Virus record (IMG/VR): IMGVR_UViG_3300038674_000426
Location: 1-33,711 of that record
Length of the DNA: 33,711 bases
DNA from: a virus
Lineage: Duplodnaviria > Caudoviricetes
Direction: 5' to 3' (one strand)
Part shown: in pieces, positions 8,463 through 16,661 of the stretch
Position numbering within the stretch: the stretch's first letter is position 1
How the letters are laid out: every line of letters begins with the position of its first letter
Made by a program: the position numbers and the translations under genes
The notes under the pieces: generated by a model
Told to the model about the DNA's origin: nothing
Databases searched by the model: none
Seen by the model: only the letters and a program-made list of their open reading frames with translations

Positions 8463-9154
8463 TATAAATATCCTCCTATGTTACTAAACCAAATATCATA
8501 TGCATCTAACCAATAATTATTTAATAAGTTAAACCAGTGCCACCTATTATGATTTGTACGTATATGACAACTTCCACATAATGGAATTAACCCCCACATT
8601 TTGCCGTTACATATAGCATTCTTATTATAATCTATATGATGGACAGACAATTTTCTGTTACCTCCGTCACTTCCGCATATATAACACTTATTATTATATT
8701 TATTTCGAATTTCATTTTTTATAGACGGTGTAAATTTTTCACAATATTTTATCGAACGCCCTCCTAACCAAGCATGTGACTTTTCTCTAAGTTGAGCATT
8801 TCTAATTTTTTCTATTGTTTCTTCTGTATGATGTTTGCCATAGAACCCATTTCTTTTTCCGGTGTGAGATATGCTCAGTTTTTTAATATGTTCTTGACTA
8901 AACACTTTTCCACGTCGTTGTAAACTCATTTTATATTTGGTTTCATCACTATGGCGTTTTCCGTAAAATCCATTTTTTGCACCTTTAATTGAATCGCTAA
9001 TAGATCTTCTTGGAATATCGAAATCTATTAATCTATTATGCACCAACGATCTAGAACAATTTAATTCATTTGCTATAATTGATATAGATTTTTCTAATGT
9101 TATATACTGATAAAATAACCAATCGCGTTTTATATCGTCTCTACAAAGTACCAC
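8462..9154 (-). CDS. NUMOD3-repeat HNH homing endonuclease
   Basis: Repeated NGFYGK(R/H)H(S/T)xET NUMOD3 motifs; CYICG...VHHIDYNK...LIPLCGSCH HNH core; N-terminal HTH. Confidence 0.88.
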   Translation of the reverse strand: MVLCRDDIKRDWLFYQYITLEKSISIIANELNCSRSLVHNRLIDFDIPRRSISDSIKGAKNGFYGKRHSDETKYKMSLQRRGKVFSQEHIKKLSISHTGKRNGFYGKHHTEETIEKIRNAQLREKSHAWLGGRSIKYCEKFTPSIKNEIRNKYNNKCYICGSDGGNRKLSVHHIDYNKNAICNGKMWGLIPLCGSCHIRTNHNRWHWFNLLNNYWLDAYDIWFSNIGGYL

Positions 9155-9521
9155 TTATATATCCCCCATCTTCAGACCAATACACTCTCGAAATTCCCAT
9201 CTGATGTAACACATGTTTACAATGTTTGCAAGGTTGTGCTAATTTCCATCCTCTTCTGTAAATAAAAATGGATGCGTTCTCTAATCGCCACCTCCAATCA
9301 TCTCTTAAGCGAAGAATCGCCGAAATTTCAGCATGGCGAGAATGATAAACAGATCCAAAATAATTGTATCTGTCATCTGAAGTGTTTGCAAGCCACTGAT
9401 TATAACCAGATGAAAGAATCCCCTTTTTGTCCCAAATCACAGCAGACATTTGGGCTTTTTTTACTGTTGATTTCTCGGCTTCATCTATTGCCAACTCGAT
9501 AACTGAAGATGGGATTTTCAA
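9141..9521 (-). CDS. Cytidine/deoxycytidylate deaminase family protein
   Basis: HAE and PCKHC zinc-binding motifs; SGYN. Confidence 0.85.
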   Translation of the reverse strand: MKIPSSVIELAIDEAEKSTVKKAQMSAVIWDKKGILSSGYNQWLANTSDDRYNYFGSVYHSRHAEISAILRLRDDWRWRLENASIFIYRRGWKLAQPCKHCKHVLHQMGISRVYWSEDGGYISGTL

Positions 9522-9524
9522 ATG

Positions 9525-9689
9525 TCAATCCTCCATTTTATAACTACTTCCAAATTTTTCCATTTGATAATCTACAAAAAGTCCTTCATCCATAACTCTC
9601 AAAATTCTTTCCAATACACATCGTAAACATCTTAACTCTTCCAATTGTTTAACTTCTATTGAATCACTGTCTTTATATGTATTAGTCAT
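9525..9689 (-). CDS. Small hypothetical protein (54 aa, not in ORF track)
   Basis: MTNTYKDSDSIEVKQLEELRCLRCVLER...; fills the operon gap. Confidence 0.5.
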   Translation of the reverse strand: MTNTYKDSDSIEVKQLEELRCLRCVLERILRVMDEGLFVDYQMEKFGSSYKMED

Positions 9690-9803
9690 ACATATACTTC
9701 TCCATCATTTTTATAATACTTTTCCATGAAATTAACTTGGAATTTTTCGGTTCTCCATCTCTGTAAAAAATTATGAAAAGTCCATATTCATTTGAACTCA
9801 TCT

Positions 9804-10070
9804 CTATTCGATCCATTCGATCACGGTTATGTCCGATCTATAAATTATTGTAGATGTATTTGGTCCAGTTTTCAGAACAACTTCATCGGGAGTTACTTTC
9901 ATAAGTTCTCCCATTTGGTGCATTCCATTTCCGCCGCAATTGCAAATAATTGTACACTGTTTCCCGATAATCTCATCTAAATCAATATCGAAGTAGTCTT
10001 CAATCGCTTGTGCATATCCCGCATCAAACCCGTCTTCGAATCCATCTTCATAGTCATCAAAATCTTCCAT
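9804..10070 (-). CDS. Putative Sm/Hfq-like fold protein with acidic N-tail
   Basis: LDEIIGKQCTI...GELMKVTPDEVVL...IIYRSDITVIE resembles the Sm1/Sm2 pattern; GGAGG RBS. Confidence 0.4.
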   Translation of the reverse strand: MEDFDDYEDGFEDGFDAGYAQAIEDYFDIDLDEIIGKQCTIICNCGGNGMHQMGELMKVTPDEVVLKTGPNTSTIIYRSDITVIEWIE

Positions 10071-10072
10071 AG

Positions 10073-10324
10073 TTATACCTCCATATCACATTCGGATTTT
10101 ACTCCATAAGACGTTTCGATACATTCAAAAAATCTTCCTCTCGGAGTTGCGGTCTCTTCCAAAATTATGTTATGTACCTGGTGACGTTCGTTTGGAGTTA
10201 ATTCGATTGACGAATTCATCTTTTCCTCGATAATAATGCAAACATCAGAAAATGTTGCCAAATCATCAAACATATCTGCATACAGCTCGATTGCTTTCTT
10301 TACCACTTCGAAAGTTATTTCCAT
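10073..10324 (-). CDS. Hypothetical protein
   Basis: Operon context. Confidence 0.6.
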   Translation of the reverse strand: MEITFEVVKKAIELYADMFDDLATFSDVCIIIEEKMNSSIELTPNERHQVHNIILEETATPRGRFFECIETSYGVKSECDMEV

Positions 10325-10328
10325 AAGT

Positions 10329-10907
10329 TCATCTCCCCATGACTCTTACATAATTTTCTGTAGGATAAGCATCAGAAACTTTCAATTGTGCAAAATACAT
10401 ATCGGTATTAACTGTTATCTTTTCTGGCATTCCCTTTCTAAATTGCGGAGTTCTCACCAGAATAAACCCCGTATTGCTAAATCCAGTGTCCCACAAGTTT
10501 CCAAAAAATTCCCAAGATCTGATACTCCATGATGATTTCGGTTTGATTTCTGCCGTAAAATATTTTTTTTCGTATGTTGCACATAATTGATCATTTTCTA
10601 TAGTAGTTGTTGGAAGCAATCTGGGAGAAAGATTTATTTTCTGAACTCCAAATAAATATTTAGTGTCGTAATCTAAATGATAATAATTTGTACTCGTTTT
10701 TTTGCTAGATCTCCAAGCAAAGATATCTTTTATCACAAATTTATCAACTTCATGAAAATCTTCTTCCGAAAGTTTTTTACCAATTTCTTTAGTTACCGGA
10801 TAATAAACTCCAGTTAATTTAAGATCAATAGAGTTGGGTTGGATTGCATTAGTTTCAACATCCGACACTATCCCATATTTTACAATGTCGTTTCCACTCA
10901 GAATCAT
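10329..10907 (-). CDS. Trimeric dUTPase/dCTP deaminase-fold protein (divergent)
   Basis: MILS start; QPNSIDL, PKSS, WDTGF, FAQL motifs; start reassigned to ATG 10907. Confidence 0.75.
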   Translation of the reverse strand: MILSGNDIVKYGIVSDVETNAIQPNSIDLKLTGVYYPVTKEIGKKLSEEDFHEVDKFVIKDIFAWRSSKKTSTNYYHLDYDTKYLFGVQKINLSPRLLPTTTIENDQLCATYEKKYFTAEIKPKSSWSIRSWEFFGNLWDTGFSNTGFILVRTPQFRKGMPEKITVNTDMYFAQLKVSDAYPTENYVRVMGR

Positions 10908-10909
10908 AT

Positions 10910-11179
10910 TTACACCAATCCAGATATTAATAACTTTGCTATTATTCCACCGATTACAAATAATATTATCAATGGGCAACAAGTAGCAGATATAAGCAAC
11001 AGACTTCCGCTTAATACCGTACCGGCGAAATTATTAAGTGATGCAAATAATATAGTCAGTACCACGCTAATAATCAATGCTATAATCGATCCAATAAATA
11101 ACCAAATATATATCCACAAATCTATACAATAACTTAGTTCTATTAATGCACCAATAACCAATCCAAGTAACTGAATCAT
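10910..11179 (-). CDS. Membrane protein (about 3 TM)
   Basis: Almost entirely hydrophobic; ATGA coupling. Confidence 0.6.
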   Translation of the reverse strand: MIQLLGLVIGALIELSYCIDLWIYIWLFIGSIIALIISVVLTILFASLNNFAGTVLSGSLLLISATCCPLIILFVIGGIIAKLLISGLV

Positions 11180-11523
11180 GATTCCAACTCCGCGATGAGT
11201 TTATCTAACTTTCCAAGAAACTTTTGAACGTATGCATACCATTCGTTTTCATTATCATCCCAATCTTTATTATCCTCCCAATACTCAATATGAAGTTTTG
11301 ATTTATCTGGCCAACCATCACACGCGTGATATTTTACGAGTGGACACCGCTGTAATTCATCACATGCCTTAAATTCAAGTATTGTACAATCCTCATATGT
11401 AGATTCTACAAAATCGCACAATGCGCATGGACTCCAATCAATATCTTCAGAAGTTTTTACCTTACGCCACTTATCTCTAACTTCTTTCCAAACTTCAACT
11501 GGTACATCTTTACACTCAAGCAT
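11176..11523 (-). CDS. Cys/Trp-rich hypothetical protein
   Basis: CALC...C...CPL...C; GGTGA RBS. Confidence 0.7.
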   Translation of the reverse strand: MLECKDVPVEVWKEVRDKWRKVKTSEDIDWSPCALCDFVESTYEDCTILEFKACDELQRCPLVKYHACDGWPDKSKLHIEYWEDNKDWDDNENEWYAYVQKFLGKLDKLIAELES

Positions 11524-11554
11524 GATTTCACCATCTCTATATACATCGCCAAAC

Positions 11555-11571
11555 TATTTAAAGCTTTCGCC
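11555..11571 (-). promoter_or_regulatory. Archaeal BRE+TATA promoter
   Basis: Minus strand GGCGAAAGC-TTTAAATA upstream of ATG 11523. Confidence 0.55.
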
Positions 11572-11782
11572 AATTATTATACACACCACGAAGATTAAAA
11601 AACTGATATCCGACACCGAATAATAGCATCATTTGTATATTTCCAATGTTATAATAGTCTATTGCTATTAATCCATTTGATATAAACCATATTATAAAAC
11701 CGAAAAATCGGAATCGTTGGGGCTTGCTAGATGTTAGCAACGCACCCAATAACGATAAAAATATTATTATGATGTATATCAT
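11558..11782 (-). CDS. Small 3-TM membrane protein
   Basis: Hydrophobic helices with GFIIWFISN motif. Confidence 0.6.
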   Translation of the reverse strand: MIYIIIIFLSLLGALLTSSKPQRFRFFGFIIWFISNGLIAIDYYNIGNIQMMLLFGVGYQFFNLRGVYNNWRKL

Positions 11783-11982
11783 ATTACTGTTTGTCTCTTT
11801 ATCGCTTCGTACAAAATTTCATACTCTGGGATGTCCAACACCGGTCTAGGACTTTTCCTAGCTAACTCCAACGCTACTTCTCGAATTAATTCATACGGAA
11901 TATCTGGATTGTGTTTAGATAGTTCACATATTCTTTTTTCAAATTTATTAGTATCGTTTACCAATTGTCTCCACCCAAACAT
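11779..11982 (-). CDS. Hypothetical protein
   Basis: AGGAG RBS; operon context. Confidence 0.6.
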   Translation of the reverse strand: MFGWRQLVNDTNKFEKRICELSKHNPDIPYELIREVALELARKSPRPVLDIPEYEILYEAIKRQTVI

Positions 11983-11993
11983 AGATATATCTC

Positions 11994-14141
11994 CTAAGAA
12001 ATAATATGATGTTTCCGATGTTTGACTTCCTCTTTTTTTGCTTCTCCAAAGTTGTCAACTGCTTGCAAATATCCGGTAACTCTAGTATACTGAGTCAGTT
12101 TATCCGATCCACATTTAGAACATTTTTCTATAAGTCCGGGATGTGACTTTTTACAGTCATTGCATATCGAAAAATCTTTGGTGAATGCACAATAATCTAT
12201 ATTTGAATTTTTAAAGAGTTTCATTGCGAAATCCATAAGACCAGATGGATTAGTTTCTCCCTCGCCAAGCCAACAGTGTAGCATGTCACCACCGTCAACT
12301 ATTGCAAAAACTGGATCTTCTAATTTTATCTTCTTAATAATATCTATTTGTGCATCATCTGAAACCATTGCACCATTAGTATAATATATCGGTTGATCGG
12401 AAGCTTCGGGATTTTCTAACGCTTTTTTGAGATCTCCTTTCACGACTTTTCGAGCTAACTCTCTGATTTTTTCGTCGGGATCAAACACGTCTAATCTTGC
12501 AAATCTTCCAGCAGTTGTTTCAGCAGGTGCTCTGGCGAATGCTAATGGAAATTCCAAATCTTTCTGGACGTCTACCAGATACGATTTAATGTCAGTCAAA
12601 ATATTTAATCCAAGTAACCAACTATCTTCACTTTCATGAATCTCTTTACCAGTTAGTATCTGGACGGCTTCATTCAATCCGACAAATGCTATACACATTG
12701 GTGTATTTTCATCAATGTATAATGGTGGCGCTCGTTTATCTGGATTATTCGGATCTATCGGAGTTTGCCGCGCAAATGGAAGAGATCTATTTTTGATGAT
12801 ATTGTATTTTATTTTAAATATTTCTACTATTGAATCTATAAGATTTTCCATATTGAAAATTAGCATTTCATTATTATCAAATTGTTCTAATTTATTAATA
12901 CTTTTATATGCCAACCTCGGCAAATTTATAGAAACTACTTGATGACTTCCGAGAGTGTCGAAATGTGCTCCATTTTCGAAGTTAAGTATTTGATCCATTT
13001 CTTTACTATCTGCTGACATTCCAAGTTTAAACGCGCAACAATTGTAACACACAACCTCGTTAGGATTATTATGAAGCTGATTTTCAAAATATGGAGTTCC
13101 ATTTTTTGCTGCCAACTCAAAAGCATTTAGCCATAATTCATTATTATCAATATGTTCAGGAAGAACTACAATATCCAACTTCGGAAATGAGAACGGTCTA
13201 CCAAATATATCTCCATTTTTATATAATTCGCATAATGCTTTAAATGATAACCGAATTTCTCTTTCGAATTTTCCATAAGTTTCATCCGAGATTTTCCCTT
13301 TGTAAACTGCTGGCCGATCTTTCCAGATGTTCGGACATCCTGGCATTATTTGAATAGATGAAAATACCGGCTGACCGCGAATCATCATCTGGGACATTTC
13401 ATATACAAACATTTGCATAAGTTGATAAATTTCTTCATAAGACAGATTATATAAATATGGAGCTATAAAAACATTAAAATAATTAAGTTCTTGTCCACCT
13501 GCGAAATGTGCACCACCGGCTCCAAGTGCTTTTGCAGCGTGTAGAATGGCTACAGTTGCATTTTTAGCTGGTCCCGCTGCTGGAATGGTCTTTCCAGTTC
13601 CATCAACATAGAGACCATAATAATAGAAGTATCGAAGATCCCACGTGCGGCAAAAAGAACATTCCCCAAATCTATCAAGATCGTGAACGTGTATATCTCC
13701 ATTAATATGTAATTGTGCCAATTCTGGCGGCAAAATGTTAAGAGCTGCTTGTTTTGCTAATGTTGAAGCAATCTGGAAATGTTGAGCTTCTGGAATCAAC
13801 ATATCCGTATTGGCATTATCCTTTATAGAGTTACCGCTTACAATTTCCAAATAGTCAGATACCGGCATCCCCACAGTTTGAGACATTCTAAATATATTAC
13901 TATAGTTATTTTTGATGAGAATGTCGTTTACAACTCCCCGAATAATCGACCCGGTAAGCTGATCGATATCCAACTTTCGCAACTGCGTCTTAATTTTCGA
14001 TAGAAAATTATTAATTTCTTCATCTGATATCTGGATGTTTGCCGCTTTGGCATCTCTTTTTATTTGTTTAATAATATAATTTTGATCAAACTTTGCGATT
14101 CTTCCGTCACTAGTTAATACTGTTACATCTCTAAATTTCAA
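11994..14141 (-). CDS. nrdD: Anaerobic (class III) ribonucleoside-triphosphate reductase with ATP cone
   Basis: HxxGDIHVHDLD, SINLPR, GLNEA, PAE, YTNG, CxxC...CxxC Zn site and TRVTGYL glycyl-radical loop. Confidence 0.96.
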   Translation of the reverse strand: MKFRDVTVLTSDGRIAKFDQNYIIKQIKRDAKAANIQISDEEINNFLSKIKTQLRKLDIDQLTGSIIRGVVNDILIKNNYSNIFRMSQTVGMPVSDYLEIVSGNSIKDNANTDMLIPEAQHFQIASTLAKQAALNILPPELAQLHINGDIHVHDLDRFGECSFCRTWDLRYFYYYGLYVDGTGKTIPAAGPAKNATVAILHAAKALGAGGAHFAGGQELNYFNVFIAPYLYNLSYEEIYQLMQMFVYEMSQMMIRGQPVFSSIQIMPGCPNIWKDRPAVYKGKISDETYGKFEREIRLSFKALCELYKNGDIFGRPFSFPKLDIVVLPEHIDNNELWLNAFELAAKNGTPYFENQLHNNPNEVVCYNCCAFKLGMSADSKEMDQILNFENGAHFDTLGSHQVVSINLPRLAYKSINKLEQFDNNEMLIFNMENLIDSIVEIFKIKYNIIKNRSLPFARQTPIDPNNPDKRAPPLYIDENTPMCIAFVGLNEAVQILTGKEIHESEDSWLLGLNILTDIKSYLVDVQKDLEFPLAFARAPAETTAGRFARLDVFDPDEKIRELARKVVKGDLKKALENPEASDQPIYYTNGAMVSDDAQIDIIKKIKLEDPVFAIVDGGDMLHCWLGEGETNPSGLMDFAMKLFKNSNIDYCAFTKDFSICNDCKKSHPGLIEKCSKCGSDKLTQYTRVTGYLQAVDNFGEAKKEEVKHRKHHIIS

Positions 14142-14275
14142 TTTATATCATCTCTTTCATTTCAAATTCAATGTCTTCGTTCTCGAAAAATTTTAAGTAT
14201 GTAGCAAAATCTGTTAATATTCCAAGAAATTGCACAACGTAACCATCGCAAATAAATAATGGTTCCCACATAAAA

Positions 14276-14548
14276 TTATTCTCCTCTCCAACTAATAACA
14301 TAAATCATGTTTCCCAACAGTTCTCCAATTTTTGTTATATCAGTTATTGCTCTGGTAAATTCTTTTCTACTGTCATCTGATCTGCAAATATTTATATATT
14401 TATTTTTATTATATTCTACAAAGTTAATAAATTCTTCATTTTCCTCTGGGGTTAATATTCTAATTGTATTTGATTTATAGCCAGTGATTTCATTGTAGTA
14501 ATTAAACTTGGTTGATTTAAAGTAAATGGTGTTATTTCGAATTTTCAT
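14276..14548 (-). CDS. Putative ASCH/PUA-like domain protein
   Basis: FKS...YYNEITGYKSNTIR resembles the ASCH GxKxxxxR motif. Confidence 0.45.
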   Translation of the reverse strand: MKIRNNTIYFKSTKFNYYNEITGYKSNTIRILTPEENEEFINFVEYNKNKYINICRSDDSRKEFTRAITDITKIGELLGNMIYVISWRGE

Positions 14549-14549
14549 G

Positions 14550-14618
14550 TTATCGCCTCTTCAATATATTTTCTTTATTCGCAACAACTCTTTCACATCT
14601 TTCTATATATTCTTCCAT
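14550..14618 (-). pseudogene. 3' remnant of an HNH endonuclease related to 16089..16619
   Basis: Encodes MEEYIERCERVVANKENILKRR, versus IEEYIERCKRVVANEKNILRR at the C-terminus of the HNH gene. Confidence 0.85.
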
Positions 14619-14629
14619 TAGTTATTAAG

Positions 14630-14677
14630 TTAATTGGACCTAAAGTAAATTATATTGGTATTGTTCTGGATCTTCAT
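14630..14677 (-). pseudogene. Truncated duplicate of the 5' end of the 14276..14548 gene
   Basis: Encodes MKIQNNTNIIYFRSN*, versus MKIRNNTIYFKST... Confidence 0.75.
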
Positions 14678-14970
14678 CAAATCACTTCGCAACATATTTC
14701 TAAAGTTCTATCGGTTCCGGGACTTTGGACTACACATAACTTAGAGTACTTCTCTGTTATAACTTCCTGCAAAGCTTTCATCCCGACTTCCATGTCATCG
14801 ATAGTATTATGTTGCTTGAATACCACCATAACTTCACTAATCCCTCCAAAATGTGATAAATGGACGTGACGATATCGCACGCCGCAATTTTGGAGGTGAT
14901 TTTCGATACGTGCCAGCATTGGCATTTTTGAATTTGGATTTCTCCCTCGATATCCTCGTATTTTTGCCAT
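14677..14970 (-). CDS. Hypothetical protein
   Basis: AGGAAGTGA RBS before ATG 14970. Confidence 0.65.
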   Translation of the reverse strand: MAKIRGYRGRNPNSKMPMLARIENHLQNCGVRYRHVHLSHFGGISEVMVVFKQHNTIDDMEVGMKALQEVITEKYSKLCVVQSPGTDRTLEICCEVI

Positions 14971-14982
14971 TAGAATCACTTC

Positions 14983-15138
14983 CTAAAAATATTTCTTGGA
15001 ACAATGCCGGACTTCAGTTCCTGGTATCTCTTCCCAATCGTGTTCATTCACTCGTCTCATTCTTATAGTGTCTAAGTATGCAGGACACTCTAAACATGTT
15101 CCAATTTCTGCATATGTAGGGCAATCTTCTTTTCCCAT
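14983..15138 (-). CDS. Small Cys-rich hypothetical protein
   Basis: AGGAG RBS before ATG 15138 (MGKEDCPTY...CLECP). Confidence 0.55.
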   Translation of the reverse strand: MGKEDCPTYAEIGTCLECPAYLDTIRMRRVNEHDWEEIPGTEVRHCSKKYF

Positions 15139-15160
15139 GTGAATATCTCCTAAAAAATAT

Positions 15161-15406
15161 TTACTTGGCATTTCTCCCAAGTCTTCCATCTGCTCTCGGA
15201 AATCTTTCTATAATGACGCATCCCAATTGCTTAGCCGTGGTTGGCGTAGTCACTGTAACACTACCATCTGCACGTTTAGCCGTGACTCTATATTCCATTT
15301 GAGATGGATATATTTTTTCTACTGCCACGGCTTTGTTCTGCATTTTGCTTGCGCCAATCAAGCAATGTCCGTCTTTATCCGCTCCGATCCATATTTGGTA
15401 TGACAT
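15161..15406 (-). CDS. Hypothetical protein
   Basis: Operon context. Confidence 0.6.
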   Translation of the reverse strand: MSYQIWIGADKDGHCLIGASKMQNKAVAVEKIYPSQMEYRVTAKRADGSVTVTTPTTAKQLGCVIIERFPRADGRLGRNAK

Positions 15407-15429
15407 ACCATCTTATAGGTTGTACTAGT

Positions 15430-16083
15430 TTATATAACTTTCGGCCCGTTCTTGGAATCGTACCAGTCTTTAGCATAGCACATAAAATAGTAATTGTTTT
15501 TATTTAAGTTGTCTATATCATACCAAACTTCTCGATATATATTATCAGGATTTTTTTTGGGATGAGCATAAATATATAGAAGTATTCCATCTGTAATTAA
15601 TTTATCGGATTTTGCAATTCCCCAATACGCCGCCAGCTGATAATCATAATATTCGTACTCATTCCCTGTCTTGATATCCAAGATGCACCGTTTCCCGTCA
15701 ATATCTGCGATCATATCTAGTCTACCAGCGTATGGGTGAATGCCTCCAGAATAAACAAATTGTTCTACTGCATGGACTTCTATATCGTGGTCTTTCACAA
15801 AATTATTCCATTGTTTCATCGAATTGTTAACTTTCTCGGAAATCCAAGGGAAATCAGGAAGTTCTTCGTCTGGTGGATCTATCTTGTCAAACTGCTTAAG
15901 AATGTTGTAATGAATGTGGGTGCCAATACCGGCGTAGATATTTTTGAATGTATTATTATCGTTCGTTGATGGTTTCTCGTTAAAATATGGTGAAAGTGGT
16001 TTGAGAATTGTGGTTACTGATGGGATTTCTATTCCATTTACTTTATAATAGTGACTTCCTTCTTTGCTAATTGCACGAACCAT
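15430..16083 (-). CDS. Cas4-like/PD-(D/E)xK exonuclease
   Basis: HYY...PSVTTIL, GTHIH, E...YAGRLD, ILDIKTG, QLAAY. Confidence 0.88.
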   Translation of the reverse strand: MVRAISKEGSHYYKVNGIEIPSVTTILKPLSPYFNEKPSTNDNNTFKNIYAGIGTHIHYNILKQFDKIDPPDEELPDFPWISEKVNNSMKQWNNFVKDHDIEVHAVEQFVYSGGIHPYAGRLDMIADIDGKRCILDIKTGNEYEYYDYQLAAYWGIAKSDKLITDGILLYIYAHPKKNPDNIYREVWYDIDNLNKNNYYFMCYAKDWYDSKNGPKVI

Positions 16084-16088
16084 TTTAA

Positions 16089-16619
16089 TTATCTCCTTAA
16101 TATATTTTTTTCATTTGCTACTACTCTTTTACATCGTTCTATATATTCTTCTATTGTTCCACTATTTTTTCCAGAATTACAAGCATGGCATGCAAAAACA
16201 ATGTTATCTGTTGTTAACGTATTTCCATTTTTCTTTCTGTCTATAGTAGGTGAGCAATTCGAATGCCCTGTTCCAGTTTCCCATTCTAATTTGCATCCAC
16301 AATAATAACAATAATTATTATCCATTTCCATACACTCATCTATTGTAACTACTACATTATATCCTTTTCTCTTGTGTTGATTTAATGATATGCTGATAGT
16401 GTTTCTTTTATTATTATTTACATTTTTTAAATATTCTTTCCGTCGTTTTAGTATTTGTTCTTTATCATTTTCATAATATTCTTTCGCACAATCTTTACAC
16501 CATGATTGCACTCCATATTTCTTACTTTTATCTTTAGAAAATTCTGAAACTGGTTTCCATTGTCCACACTTTCCACATTTTTTCAGCGGTTCTTTATCAA
16601 TAATTGGGTCATTGCTTAT
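16089..16619 (-). CDS. HNH homing endonuclease with N-terminal Zn finger (probable non-ATG start)
   Basis: CYYCG...TIDRK...NIVFACHACNSGK; frame stays open upstream of GTG 16511 and encodes KKCGKC...EF...YGVQSWCKDC; in-frame ATA at 16619 follows GGAGTTGA. Confidence 0.8.
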   Translation of the reverse strand: MSNDPIIDKEPLKKCGKCGQWKPVSEFSKDKSKKYGVQSWCKDCAKEYYENDKEQILKRRKEYLKNVNNNKRNTISISLNQHKRKGYNVVVTIDECMEMDNNYCYYCGCKLEWETGTGHSNCSPTIDRKKNGNTLTTDNIVFACHACNSGKNSGTIEEYIERCKRVVANEKNILRR

Positions 16620-16635
16620 AAAATCAACTCCATTA

Positions 16636-16660
16636 AAGAAAAAATTGAAAAAAAAATATT
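16636..16660 (-). terminator. Oligo-T archaeal terminator
   Basis: Long T runs on the minus strand directly after the stop at 16662. Confidence 0.4.
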
Positions 16661-16661
16661 T

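Noticed and set aside
8462-9170. Similar GGY ends of the deaminase and the HNH as a target duplication
   Set aside because: Explained by overlapping GGAGG/GGGGG ribosome-binding sites
5908-14141. Inteins or introns in polB and nrdD
   Set aside because: Both proteins have normal length and continuous motifs
15430-16083. Cas4-like gene as part of a CRISPR system
   Set aside because: No repeat-spacer array or other cas genes seen; typical stand-alone viral exonuclease
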